Of a stretch of DNA of 15,864 nt, positions 1 through 9,144 are shown piece after piece. Under the pieces are notes generated by a model that was not told the origin of the DNA, made no database searches, and was given only the letters and a program-made list of their open reading frames with translations. Made by a program: the position numbers and the translations under genes. This stretch comes from Candidatus Omnitrophota bacterium (lineage in GTDB: Bacteria > Omnitrophota > Omnitrophia > Omnitrophales > Aquincolibacteriaceae), in the NCBI GenBank assembly GCA_043803685.1, contig JAZDJU010000116.1:1-15864 (forward strand), given 5' to 3'. The stretch's first letter is position 1. Each line of letters opens with the position of its first letter.

Positions 1-2
1 TG

Positions 3-437
3 GCGAGTATCGTCGAAGGTCAGCCGGACCTTGTGATCGACGCCGTGGATTCTCTGAACCCCAAGGTCCAGATCCTCGCATATTGCCATGAGAAAAAGAT
101 CCCCGTGATCTCTTCCATGGGAGCCGCGCTCCGCATGAATATTTTCTCGCTCAAGGCAGGCGATCTTTTCAAAACGACCGGCTGCCCGCTCGCGCGCTAC
201 GTGCGCTCGCGCCTCCGGAGGAGGGGAATCCAGAAAGGGATCTTCTGCGTTTATTCCGACACGCCCGTTTCCGAGGAACCCATCCAGGAGACCCGCATCC
301 TGAATGAAGAGCAGGACAATGACCGCGGTCGCAGGCGTCATAAACTCGGCAGCACCCCGACTGTCACCGGCGCGTTCGGTCTTGCCGTCGCCCACCACGC
401 GCTTCTTTATCTTATGGGCGATCTCAAGCTGTCATGA
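3..437 (+). CDS. tcdA: ThiF/MoeB-family protein, probable tRNA threonylcarbamoyladenosine dehydratase (TcdA/CsdL); 5'-truncated by the window edge
   Basis: The frame is open from the window start (ASIVEGQPDLVIDAVDSLNPK). Motifs VIDAVDS..PK, IPVISSMGAA, DLFKTTGCPLARYVRSRLRRRGI, CVYS and GSTPTVTGAFGL match the TcdA C-terminal half. Confidence 0.85.
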   Translation, partial: ASIVEGQPDLVIDAVDSLNPKVQILAYCHEKKIPVISSMGAALRMNIFSLKAGDLFKTTGCPLARYVRSRLRRRGIQKGIFCVYSDTPVSEEPIQETRILNEEQDNDRGRRRHKLGSTPTVTGAFGLAVAHHALLYLMGDLKLS

Positions 438-498
438 CGGAAAATATCGGACTCGTTTTTTTGGAGAACAGGAATTCAAAGATCGTGGGAAATAAAAA

Positions 499-1821
499 AT
501 GAAACATTTTGAAAAAGTTTTCATGGTCGCGTTCGCAGCGTTCTTTCTCGGCGGCTGTCTCACGGTCCGCTTGCCGGAGGCGCAAATAAGACGCGTGGGG
601 GAGCCTCAGATCCTCACATGGGAGCCGCTTGTCCGGCAGGCCCTCCGGTTGAACCCGGACCTTCAGGAGGCGCGGTATTTTGTGACCGCTAGCGCCCGGA
701 GCCGTGATATCGCGTTCGGGGATTATCTTCCGTCCGTGGACGGAGGACTTCAAAGAGACATTTCGCGGACGACGGGCACAGCTCCCTCGCAGGACGGTCT
801 GGGGCTCAGCCTGACGGCCCAGCAGTCGCTCTTTAACGGCTTTGGGACCACGGGGAATTGGTTGAAGGCCCGTAAGGACCTGGAAGCTATGAAACAGGCT
901 TACGGGGAAACAAGCGCGGACGTCCGATTTCGTTTAAGATCGGCCTACATTCAAATGATAAGACTCGAAAAACTTCTTGCGACGGATCGTTTGATCGAAG
1001 AAAGACGGAAGCAGAACGCGGAACTGGTCCGGCTTCGTTACGAGGCGGGCCGGGAGAATCTGGGTTCCGCCCTGCGTTCGGAGGCGATCCTCGGACAGGC
1101 CTCTTTTGATGTCCGGCAGACCGAAAGGTCTCTTGAAAGTGAGGCGCTACGTCTGGCGCGGGAAAGCGGCGGAGAATTCGTGTTCCCTGTGCGCATGGCG
1201 GATGACCTTGAAAAAATGCTCCCCCAGGTTTCCCTCGCGGAGGCGGATTACTCGACCCTTGCCGGAAAAACGCCCAGGGTGATGCGACTTATCAAGAGCG
1301 CGGAGGCGGCCAAGGCGGCGGTGATCACAGCCCAGTCCGCGGTGTGGCCCCAGGTCGACGGAAATTATGATTATGGATATTCCGGTGAGAGGGCTTCGGA
1401 CCTGAAAGATGAAAGCTTTCTCGGACTCAATGTCACGGTGCCCTTTTTTAACGGCGGAAAGAACGTCGCCGCGATCCGCAAAGCGAAGGCGGATTATGAA
1501 GCTGCCGAACGCGCGGCCCGGGGCGCCCGGGACGAAGCGATCGCCTCACTCGCGTCCGCGTGGGCACTTTACATGGACGCGATCGAATCCGTGGAGGTTC
1601 GCAAAAAATTCCTGGAGGCCGCGAAAAAACGCGCCGAGATCATTCGAGCGGAATACGCGACCGGGCTCGTGAATTTCACGGATTTTGACGCCGCCGAGCA
1701 GGAGAACGCGAACGCGGAAAAAGATTATGTTGAAAGTCTCGCGAACGTTTTTATTCAGCAGGCCACTTGGGAAAAGACCCAGGGGGCCACTTTGGAGGAT
1801 GCTTATCATGAAAATAAATAA
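499..1821 (+). CDS. TolC-family outer membrane efflux protein (predicted lipoprotein)
   Basis: 440 aa. The hydrophobic N-terminus ends in lipobox LGGC. Two OEP-like repeats are visible (ALRLNPDL...YLPSVD...LFNGF...RYEAG; VWPQVD...VPFFNGG...EYATG). First gene of the efflux operon. Confidence 0.92.
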   Translation: MKHFEKVFMVAFAAFFLGGCLTVRLPEAQIRRVGEPQILTWEPLVRQALRLNPDLQEARYFVTASARSRDIAFGDYLPSVDGGLQRDISRTTGTAPSQDGLGLSLTAQQSLFNGFGTTGNWLKARKDLEAMKQAYGETSADVRFRLRSAYIQMIRLEKLLATDRLIEERRKQNAELVRLRYEAGRENLGSALRSEAILGQASFDVRQTERSLESEALRLARESGGEFVFPVRMADDLEKMLPQVSLAEADYSTLAGKTPRVMRLIKSAEAAKAAVITAQSAVWPQVDGNYDYGYSGERASDLKDESFLGLNVTVPFFNGGKNVAAIRKAKADYEAAERAARGARDEAIASLASAWALYMDAIESVEVRKKFLEAAKKRAEIIRAEYATGLVNFTDFDAAEQENANAEKDYVESLANVFIQQATWEKTQGATLEDAYHENK

Positions 1822-2809
1822 TGGATTATGGCCGGTGAAGTGGTGGGCGATCGTCGCGGGGGCGCTGCTTTTCGCGCCGCTGCTTGCTTCATGCGGTCCG
1901 AAGAACGATTCCCTGCAGGTGGTCCGCGCCTCGAAGGTCACCCTGGGGGACCTCGCAGTCACGGTGACAGCAACGGGAACGGTCAAACCTTATAACCGGG
2001 TCGAGATCAAGGCCCCGATCCCGGGTCGCATCGAAGAAGTGCTCGTGCGCGAAGGGGAAGAGGTCAAGCAGGGTCAGATCCTGGCCTGGATGAGTTCCAC
2101 CGAACGGGCGGCGCTCCTTGACGCGGCGCGTTCCCAGGGTGAGGCCGCGGTCAAGCGGTGGGAGGAAGCTTACAAGCCCGCGCCGCTTCTGGCGCCCCTC
2201 GATGGGACGATCATCGTCCGCTCCGTGGAACCGGGACAGACGGTGACGACGATCGATCCTGTGGTCGTGCTTTCGGACCGTTTGATCGTGGAAGCCCTCA
2301 TGGACGAGACCGATCTTTCCATGACCCAACTCGGACAGAGAGTGGAGATCCGCCTGGATGCTTATCCCCGGGAAGTGTTCGAGGGCAAGGTCGATCACAT
2401 CACCTTCGAGAGTCAGTTGGAGAACAACGTGAATGTCTACGCGATCGATATTCTTCCGGAAAAAGTTCCGGCGTCCTTTCGTAGCGGTATGACGGCCAAT
2501 GTCACTTTTATCGTGAAAGAAGAAAAAAACGTTCTGTTGGTCCCGTCGGAGGCCGTGGTGGAATGGCCCAAGGGTCACGCCAATCCTCAAAACGCGGTCT
2601 TTGCCGTTTACAAAAAGACCTTTGGCGGAAAGCTGGAGCCCGTGGCGGTGAAGACCGGAGGGAACAATGGACAGATGACCGGGATCGTGGAAGGATTGAA
2701 AGAGGGGATGGAGATCGTGATCGTCCGGAAAAAAGAAAAACAGAAATCCGCCAATCTCTTCGGCCCCCCCAGGGCTGCCAGAAAAAGCGACGCGCAAAAA
2801 TCCTCATGA
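1808..2809 (+). CDS. macA: Efflux periplasmic adaptor / membrane fusion protein (MacA-like)
   Basis: Start moved to ATG 1808, which follows GGAGGA and overlaps the TolC-family gene end. Lipobox LASC; motifs VTATGTVKP, IKAPIPGRIEEVLVREGEEVKQGQILA, APLDGTI, VEPGQTV, FRSGMTANV, LLVPSEAV. Confidence 0.9.
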   Translation: MKINNGLWPVKWWAIVAGALLFAPLLASCGPKNDSLQVVRASKVTLGDLAVTVTATGTVKPYNRVEIKAPIPGRIEEVLVREGEEVKQGQILAWMSSTERAALLDAARSQGEAAVKRWEEAYKPAPLLAPLDGTIIVRSVEPGQTVTTIDPVVVLSDRLIVEALMDETDLSMTQLGQRVEIRLDAYPREVFEGKVDHITFESQLENNVNVYAIDILPEKVPASFRSGMTANVTFIVKEEKNVLLVPSEAVVEWPKGHANPQNAVFAVYKKTFGGKLEPVAVKTGGNNGQMTGIVEGLKEGMEIVIVRKKEKQKSANLFGPPRAARKSDAQKSS

Positions 2810-4773
2810 AGCTACTCGAAGCGGAGCGCATTTCCAAGACCTACCGGATCGGCACGATCGAGGTCCGGGCGCTCCAGGAAGTTTCGCTCACGATCGAGGC
2901 CGGCGAATTTGTCGCGATCATGGGTCCCTCCGGCTCCGGAAAATCGACGCTCATGCACCTGCTGGGATTTCTCGATTCGCCGGACAGCGGCGCTTTCCGT
3001 TTGGCGGGAAAAGAAACCTCGAACCTGAAGGAAGAAGAGTATGCTTTTCTCCGCAATCGGGTGATCGGTTTCGTATTCCAGCAATTCAATCTGATGACGC
3101 GCTCAACAGCCCTCGAGAATGTCTGCCTTCCGTTACTTTATTCCGATGACCGCACCGGGGACCTCGAACGGTCGCGGGAAATGCTTGGGAAAGTCGGCCT
3201 CGCGGACCGCGTGGGGCACCGTCCCAACGAGCTTTCCGGAGGCCAGCAGCAACGTGTCGCGATTGCCCGGGCGCTCGTGAACCGGCCTCTCATGGTGCTC
3301 GCGGACGAACCCACCGGGAACCTGGATTCCAGGTCCGGGAAGGAGATCCTGGAGATCTTCAAGGACCTCCACCGGCAGGGCATGACCATTGTCCTTGTGA
3401 CGCATTCCGAAGAAGTGGCGGAGGCGGCAGGGCGGGTCATCCGCATGCATGATGGCAGGATCGTGAGCGACAAAAGGCAGGCCTCCGGAGGGAAACCCTC
3501 CGTTCCCGGGAACCAGCCCCCGGACCTCCATCAATTATCTAAAGAGAAAAAATATAATCTCGAAGAATTCCTGGAGCATTTTAACCAGGCGCGGCGTGTG
3601 ATCCTCGGAAATAAACTGAGATCGTTCCTTTCCATGCTGGGGGTCCTGATCGGCGTCGCTTGTGTGATCACGATGCTGGCTCTGGGCCGCGGCGCGGGGG
3701 AGTCGATCAAGGAAGACCTCGCCAGGATGGGTTCCAATCTTTTGACCCTTCGTCCGGGTTCGGTCAAGGTGCACGGGGCCAATGTGGATGCCGGGGAAGC
3801 GACGCGTTTTACGCTGGAGGACGCCCGGGCCGTGGGGGAGGTCGCCTCCGTCAAACGTGTGGGGCCCCAGGTCAACGGACAGGGACAGCTGGTCTTTGGC
3901 GACAAGAACTGGAGCACTCGGGTCATCGGAGCGACGCCGGAATACGCGGGCATGAGAAATCAGGAGCCGGTGGCCGGACGCTTTTTTACCGCGGAAGAGA
4001 ATCAAACGCGCCAGCGGGTCGTGCTGCTCGGTCAAACGGTCCAGAAGGCTCTTTTCGGGAACGAAGATCCTCTCGGCCAAACGATCAAGATCAATCGAGT
4101 CAGTTTTCAGGTCCTTGGGATCCTGCCCTCGCTCGGGGCCAATGCCTTTCGCGATCAGGATGATGTGGTCGTGGTCCCTCTTATGACCGCGATGCGACGA
4201 CTGATGGGGAAAGATTACCTCGACCAGATCGACGTGGAGATCACGGACCTGTCCGCGATGCCCGCGGCGCAGGAAGAGATCAACGACCTGGTGATCCGGA
4301 GGCACCGTCTGACCCCGGAGCGGCTCGACAGTTTTAATATCCGCAATTTCGCGGACATCCAGGCGGCCCTTCAAAATACGACGCGCACTTTTTCGATCCT
4401 TCTCGGGAGCGTGGCGGCGATCTCTCTTGTGGTCGGAGGCATTGGGATCATGAACATCATGCTCGTGTCCGTGAAGGAAAGGACGCGCGAGATCGGACTT
4501 CGGAAAGCCCTGGGCGCCACCCCGAGAGACATTCTGATGCAATTCCTGGTCGAGGCGGTCGTGGTCACTTTTGTCGGGGGACTGGCCGGGATCCTTCTTG
4601 CGGCCATCATTTCCTGGATTATCGCGGCGCTAGCCCATTGGCAAATGATCATTACACTGGGCTCTCTCTTCCTCGCTTTTTTCTGCTCGGCCTCGGTCGG
4701 GATCGTTTTCGGTCTCTGGCCCGCCAAACAAGCCGCGGAGCTGGATCCGATCCGCGCCTTGCGGTATGAATAG
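2806..4773 (+). CDS. macB: MacB-type fused ABC ATPase/permease
   Basis: ATG 2806 overlaps the adaptor stop (ATGA coupling), so the ORF-track start at 2563 is too early. Walker A GPSGSGKST, signature LSGGQQQRV, Walker B VLADEPTGNLD, H-loop VTH, then RSFLSMLGVLIGV, a periplasmic domain, the FtsX-type GGIGIMNIMLVSVKERTREIG and terminal DPIRALRYE. Confidence 0.95.
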   Translation: MKLLEAERISKTYRIGTIEVRALQEVSLTIEAGEFVAIMGPSGSGKSTLMHLLGFLDSPDSGAFRLAGKETSNLKEEEYAFLRNRVIGFVFQQFNLMTRSTALENVCLPLLYSDDRTGDLERSREMLGKVGLADRVGHRPNELSGGQQQRVAIARALVNRPLMVLADEPTGNLDSRSGKEILEIFKDLHRQGMTIVLVTHSEEVAEAAGRVIRMHDGRIVSDKRQASGGKPSVPGNQPPDLHQLSKEKKYNLEEFLEHFNQARRVILGNKLRSFLSMLGVLIGVACVITMLALGRGAGESIKEDLARMGSNLLTLRPGSVKVHGANVDAGEATRFTLEDARAVGEVASVKRVGPQVNGQGQLVFGDKNWSTRVIGATPEYAGMRNQEPVAGRFFTAEENQTRQRVVLLGQTVQKALFGNEDPLGQTIKINRVSFQVLGILPSLGANAFRDQDDVVVVPLMTAMRRLMGKDYLDQIDVEITDLSAMPAAQEEINDLVIRRHRLTPERLDSFNIRNFADIQAALQNTTRTFSILLGSVAAISLVVGGIGIMNIMLVSVKERTREIGLRKALGATPRDILMQFLVEAVVVTFVGGLAGILLAAIISWIIAALAHWQMIITLGSLFLAFFCSASVGIVFGLWPAKQAAELDPIRALRYE

Positions 4774-4779
4774 ACGCCC

Positions 4780-6117
4780 ATGAAACTTCCCCAAGCGCCG
4801 TCGAAGGGAACCTCGGTATTCCGGAACGTCTTTCGCGCCTTGCGGCACCGCAATTACCGGATCTTTTTCTGGGGCCAGAGCGCGTCCTTGATCGGCACGT
4901 GGATGCAGCAAGTGGCCCTGAGTTGGCTGGTCTATCGCATGACGAACTCGCCGTTTCTTCTGGGGATGACCGGATTTCTGAGCCAGGTCCCGACCTTTTT
5001 CTTTACGCTCTTCGCGGGGGTCCTCGCCGACCGCCACAGCCGCCGCAACATGCTTTATGCGACACAGATCCTCTCCCTGGTCCAGGCCTCGATCCTGGCT
5101 TTTCTCGTTCTAACGGATCAGATCCAGGTCTGGCACATCATGGCCCTGAGTTTTTTTCTCGGGACCATTTTTTCTTTTGATATTCCGATCCGCCAGGCTT
5201 TCACGGTCGAGATGATCGAGGACCGGGAGGACCTGGGCAACGCGATCGCCCTCAATTCCTCGATGCTGAACGCGGCACGGCTTATTGGGCCTTCGATCGC
5301 CGGGATTTTGATCGCGTCCGTGGGGGAAGGCGTTTGTTTTCTTTTGAACGCGGTGAGTTATATCCCCGTGCTTCTTTCCTTGAAAGCGATGCGCCTCGGC
5401 CCGCCGAAGCTCACGGTCCCGGTGCGGCACATTTTCGTGGAGCTCCGGGAAGGGTTGGGTTATGCCTTTCGCTTTGCTCCGATCAAGTGGATCTTGATCC
5501 TTCTTTCGATGATCAGTTTGATGGGCGTCCCTTACCAGGTGCTGATGCCGGTCTTTGCCCGGGATATCTTTCAGGGAGGTTCCAACACGCTGGGGTTCTT
5601 GTTGGGGATGTCGGGCCTTGGGGCGCTCATCGGGGCTGTTTATCTGGCTTCGCGGAAAAGTGTGATCGGTCTTGTGAGGATTATCGCGTGGACGGCGGTG
5701 CTCTTCGGGGTCACGATCATCGTTTTTTCTTTTTCGCGCACCTTCTGGTTCGCCATGCCGGTCATCCTGATGTCCGGCTTTGGGGTGATGGTGAACATGG
5801 CGGCTTGCAACACGATCCTGCAGACGGTCGTCGATGAGGATAAACGCGGCCGTGTGATGGCCCTTTACACCATGGCTTTTATGGGGACCATGCCGTTCGG
5901 GAGTCTGCTCGCGGGAGTGTTGGCCACAAGGATCGGCGCGCCGCACACGCTTTTGATCGGCGGCGCGTGCTGCGTTGTGATGGCTTTTGTCTTTATGCGA
6001 AAGATGCCGCTCATTCGCAAGGAGATCCGTCCCGTCTACGCGCGGAAGGGGATCGTTCCCGAGGTTGCTCGAGGGATCCAGGCTGCTACGGAGATCGAAG
6101 GTTTCGCGAAGGAATAA
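4780..6117 (+). CDS. MFS transporter (MFS_3/EntS-like exporter family)
   Basis: 445 aa with about 12 hydrophobic segments. N-terminal FRALRHRNYRIFFWGQSASLIGTWMQ, motif A GVLADRHSRR, C-terminal LQTVVDEDKRGRVMALY. Starts 6 bp after the macB stop. Confidence 0.92.
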   Translation: MKLPQAPSKGTSVFRNVFRALRHRNYRIFFWGQSASLIGTWMQQVALSWLVYRMTNSPFLLGMTGFLSQVPTFFFTLFAGVLADRHSRRNMLYATQILSLVQASILAFLVLTDQIQVWHIMALSFFLGTIFSFDIPIRQAFTVEMIEDREDLGNAIALNSSMLNAARLIGPSIAGILIASVGEGVCFLLNAVSYIPVLLSLKAMRLGPPKLTVPVRHIFVELREGLGYAFRFAPIKWILILLSMISLMGVPYQVLMPVFARDIFQGGSNTLGFLLGMSGLGALIGAVYLASRKSVIGLVRIIAWTAVLFGVTIIVFSFSRTFWFAMPVILMSGFGVMVNMAACNTILQTVVDEDKRGRVMALYTMAFMGTMPFGSLLAGVLATRIGAPHTLLIGGACCVVMAFVFMRKMPLIRKEIRPVYARKGIVPEVARGIQAATEIEGFAKE

Positions 6118-6267
6118 AAGTATCTCCAGGATCGTGATTCGTGCCGATAAGTTGGGAGCGGGTTTTCTCGGATTTTTCAAAGATCATCCTTAGAAGGAGC
6201 TTCGCCGGTCATGTCACGATGCGTTCTTAAAAGGTCCGCTTCAACCGTACAAGGGAAGGGATCCCGG

Positions 6268-8523
6268 ATGGCGTCTAGAGTTCGAAAGACAAGAAAGCCC
6301 GCGTGCCTCCAACCGTTATCGCCAGTGGCTCCGGGCGCGGTGGGAAGGATCCTCCGCTTTGAAGAAGGAAATCCCTTCAGTCTCTTAGGTCCTCATCCCT
6401 CGAAGGACGGCCGCAGCGTTGCCGTTCGCGCGTATCTTCCTCGTGCCGCTAAGGCCTGGGTCCGGACTTTGGGACCGAGCGGCGAGCGCAAACCGATGGA
6501 GAAACTCCACCCCGGCGGTTTCTTTCAGGCCATTTTTGAAAAGACAGACAATATCTTTCCCTACAAGATCGTGACCTGTGACGAAGCAGGATTTTCGAGC
6601 GAGGCCTTTGACCCGTACGCCTTTTTCCCGGATCAGATGAGCGATTACGATCTCCATTTGGTGGGGGAAGGGACCCATTACCGGAGCTACGAAAAATTCG
6701 GAAGCCATCCCCGGACCCTGAAGGGCGTGCCGGGTATTTTTTTTACGGTCTGGGCGCCCAACGCGAAAAGCATCAGCGTCGTCGGGAATTTTAATCACTG
6801 GACCCCGGGTTCGCACCCCATGACCCGCCTTCCCACTTCGAGCGTCTGGGGCCTTTTTATCCCGGGATTGGAAGACGGGGAAGTCTACAAGCTCGCGATA
6901 CGTTCCTCGGTGGACGATCAAGTGCGTCTCAAGACCGATCCTTACGCGTTCGGCACGGAATTAAGACCCGGGAGTGCGTCGGTGGTGACGCGTCTCGATA
7001 CTTTCTCATGGTCGGACGAGGCGTGGATCCACGAGCGCAAAGGGAAAGACCTCTTTCGTTCTCCGGTCTCGATCTATGAAGTGCATCTCGGTTCCTGGAA
7101 AAGAGATGAGAAGAACGGCTGGGGTTTCATGAATTACAAGGACCTCGCGCACCAGCTCGTGGAATACGTCCAGTTCATGGGCTACACCCATATTGAACTC
7201 ATGCCTGTCATGGAACATCCGCTTGACGAATCATGGGGCTACCAGGTCATCAGCTATTATGCCCCGACGCGGCGTTTCGGAAGTCCGGAGGAGCTCATGT
7301 ATCTCGTGGACCATTGCCACAAAAACGGCATTGGGGTGATCCTCGACTGGGTGCCGGCACATTTCCCCAAAGACGGTCATGGTCTTTATGATTTTGACGG
7401 AAAGCAGATCTACGCCTCCGAAAACTGGCAAAGGGCTGAGCAGCGCGAGTGGGGGACGATGATCTTTGATTTCGGGAAAAAAGAGGTCAGCAATTTCCTG
7501 ATCTCCAACGCTCTCTTCTGGCTCGACCGCTACCACGTGGACGGCCTCCGGGTGGACGCTGTGGCGTGTATGCTCTACCTCGACTATGCCCGTAAGCCCG
7601 GAGAGTGGGAGCCCAACCGCCACGGCGGGCGCGAGAACCTGGAAGCGATCGAGTTCCTCAAGGAATTCAACAAAGTGGTGCACGCCTCTTTTCCGGGCGT
7701 GCTCACCATCGCCGAAGAATCGACCTCCTGGGGAGGCGTTTCAAAACCCGTGCACCTCGGAGGGCTCGGGTTCAGCATGAAATGGAACATGGGTTGGATG
7801 CACGACACGTTGGAATATTTCTCCAAAGACCCGCTCTTCCGGAAATTCCATCAGGGGGTCTTCCCGTTCTCGACCCATTACGCGTTCTCCGAGAATTTCA
7901 TTCTTCCCATCTCGCACGACGAGATCGTGTACGGCAAACGCTCGCTCCTTGAAAAAATGGCGGGCGATGACTGGCAGAAATTCGCGAACCTCCGGCTTTT
8001 CTTCTCCTATCTTTTCGCGTTCCCCGGGAAAAAGCTCCTTTTTATGGGGAACGATTTCGCGCAGAGGAACGAATGGAACTTCGATCGCTCGCTCGACTGG
8101 CATTTGATGGACAAAGCGCCCCGGCACCGGCGGGTGAACCGCCTGCTCCGGGACCTGCAGCGCCTTTACAAGGAGAACCCGGCGTTCCATGAAGGGGATT
8201 GTTCCAGCGCGGGTTTTGAATGGATCGATTGCTCGGACGGGGACCGCTCGGTCGTGAGTTTTCTCCGTTGGTCGCGCGACTATTCGCAGGTCCTTGTGTT
8301 CGTCTTCAATATGACGCCCATGATCCTCGAGCGTTACCGCGTCGGCGTTCCACGGGGCGGTTATTATCAGGAGATCCTGAACAGCCAGGCTTTCGAGTAC
8401 GGCGGCTGCGGGCTCGGGAACCTCGGCGGCGTTCATAGCGAGAATGTCTCGTGGCAGAACCGTCCGTGTTCCCTGGATCTCCAGATCCCTCCTCTTGGAG
8501 CCCTCATCTTTCGCCTGTCTTAG
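6268..8523 (+). CDS. glgB: 1,4-alpha-glucan (glycogen) branching enzyme, GH13
   Basis: Motifs NPFSLLGPH, FTVWAPNA, IYEVHLGSW, ELMPVMEHP..SWGYQ, DWVPAHFP; catalytic GLRVDAVA, IAEEST and SHDE; KWNMGWMHD. ATG 6268 follows purine-rich AAGGGAAGGG; ATG 6211 is an alternative start. Confidence 0.96.
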   Translation: MASRVRKTRKPACLQPLSPVAPGAVGRILRFEEGNPFSLLGPHPSKDGRSVAVRAYLPRAAKAWVRTLGPSGERKPMEKLHPGGFFQAIFEKTDNIFPYKIVTCDEAGFSSEAFDPYAFFPDQMSDYDLHLVGEGTHYRSYEKFGSHPRTLKGVPGIFFTVWAPNAKSISVVGNFNHWTPGSHPMTRLPTSSVWGLFIPGLEDGEVYKLAIRSSVDDQVRLKTDPYAFGTELRPGSASVVTRLDTFSWSDEAWIHERKGKDLFRSPVSIYEVHLGSWKRDEKNGWGFMNYKDLAHQLVEYVQFMGYTHIELMPVMEHPLDESWGYQVISYYAPTRRFGSPEELMYLVDHCHKNGIGVILDWVPAHFPKDGHGLYDFDGKQIYASENWQRAEQREWGTMIFDFGKKEVSNFLISNALFWLDRYHVDGLRVDAVACMLYLDYARKPGEWEPNRHGGRENLEAIEFLKEFNKVVHASFPGVLTIAEESTSWGGVSKPVHLGGLGFSMKWNMGWMHDTLEYFSKDPLFRKFHQGVFPFSTHYAFSENFILPISHDEIVYGKRSLLEKMAGDDWQKFANLRLFFSYLFAFPGKKLLFMGNDFAQRNEWNFDRSLDWHLMDKAPRHRRVNRLLRDLQRLYKENPAFHEGDCSSAGFEWIDCSDGDRSVVSFLRWSRDYSQVLVFVFNMTPMILERYRVGVPRGGYYQEILNSQAFEYGGCGLGNLGGVHSENVSWQNRPCSLDLQIPPLGALIFRLS

Positions 8524-8595
8524 GTAATACAGGATACAATACTTCTCGCAGGGTTGGTTCATCGTTGCGAACGGCAGTAGGGAGGAAGCACGAAC

Positions 8596-8880
8596 ATGAA
8601 GAAAAATATTTTTGGGGTCATGATGCTGGTCGCTGTTTGCGTGGGGTTTTCCCAAAACGGCTTTGCTAAAGATGAACGTAATGGGCTCTACGCGGGGCCT
8701 TTATCGGTGGTCGCGGAGAAGCTTGTTGAAACGGCAGGACCTGCTTCGAAAGATGCGTCTGAGCCGGCGGGCGAAGTCAAACAACAGTATCGCGGAAAAA
8801 CGAGTACCACGGAAGACCGGGCAGACGAGGACGAATCAAGAAGTCCCTTGAGCGCTCCCTCCACACCGCGTAATAAATAA
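8596..8880 (+). CDS. Small secreted hypothetical protein
   Basis: 94 aa. GGGAGG RBS upstream; Sec-type signal (MKKNIFGVMMLVAVCVGFSQNGFA-K); low-complexity charged C-terminus. Confidence 0.65.
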   Translation: MKKNIFGVMMLVAVCVGFSQNGFAKDERNGLYAGPLSVVAEKLVETAGPASKDASEPAGEVKQQYRGKTSTTEDRADEDESRSPLSAPSTPRNK

Positions 8881-8905
8881 GCCTCTCGATCCGAACGCAG
8901 GAGCG

Positions 8906-8931
8906 GGGAAGGCCGAGGGGGCGGCCATCCC
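8906..8931. terminator. GC-rich hairpin between convergent genes (possible terminator)
   Basis: GGGA-A-GGCCG-aggggg-CGGCC-A-TCCC, 25 bp after the stop at 8880. No clear U-tract. Confidence 0.3.
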
Positions 8932-8935
8932 GTGA

Positions 8936-9054
8936 TTCAACTTCGCTGAAATTGATAAGTATTGGGACGGCCCAAACTTTTCATTTTTTCCAAAATGGTA
9001 GTTTGGACAGCCCCAATTTCAACAAAATTGAAATTGATAGGTGTTGGGATAGCC
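8936..9054. repeat. Three degenerate ~41-bp tandem units ending in TT(G/T)GGA(C/T)(A/G)GCC
   Basis: 8936-8972 and 9018-9054 match at 28/37 positions (22/26 in the core TGAAATTGATAnGTnTTGGGAnnGCC). The middle unit ends TTTGGACAGCC. Internal inverted repeats lie at 8972-9006 and 9014-9036. Confidence 0.6.
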
Positions 9055-9069
9055 GCCACCCTTAAAGCG

Positions 9070-9144
9070 TTATTTCTTCTTCTTACCCTTGAACGCGCCT
9101 TTTTTCTTTTTCTTCTCTTTCGTCGAATTGCTCTTGTTACCCAA
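9070..9144 (-). CDS. 24-aa lysine-rich micropeptide MGNKSNSTKEKKKKKGAFKGKKKK
   Basis: On the minus strand a strong SD (AAAGGGGGTGAT) is followed by CTCA and a TTG start at 9144; TAA stop at 9070-9072. Too short to appear in the ORF track. Confidence 0.6.
   Translation of the reverse strand: MGNKSNSTKEKKKKKGAFKGKKKK

Noticed and set aside
1685..2805. Long N-terminal extensions of the adaptor (from 1685) and MacB (from 2563) in the ORF track
   Set aside because: They overlap upstream genes extensively. Starts at 1808 (RBS) and 2806 (ATGA coupling) give canonical proteins.
8555..8568. Sigma54 promoter TGGTTCATCGTTGC upstream of 8596
   Set aside because: GG-to-GC spacing is 9 nt rather than the required 10.
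424..8669. Many long antisense or alternate-frame ORFs (e.g. 1889-2797, 3535-4542, 5110-6180, 7741-8655)
   Set aside because: Shadow ORFs expected opposite GC-rich genes; no recognisable motifs, and they overlap confident CDSs.
8936..9054. Mini CRISPR array (two 37-bp repeats, 45-bp spacer, GTTGAA-like end on the minus strand)
   Set aside because: There are nine mismatches between the two copies, the 'spacer' itself resembles the repeat, and no cas genes are in the window.
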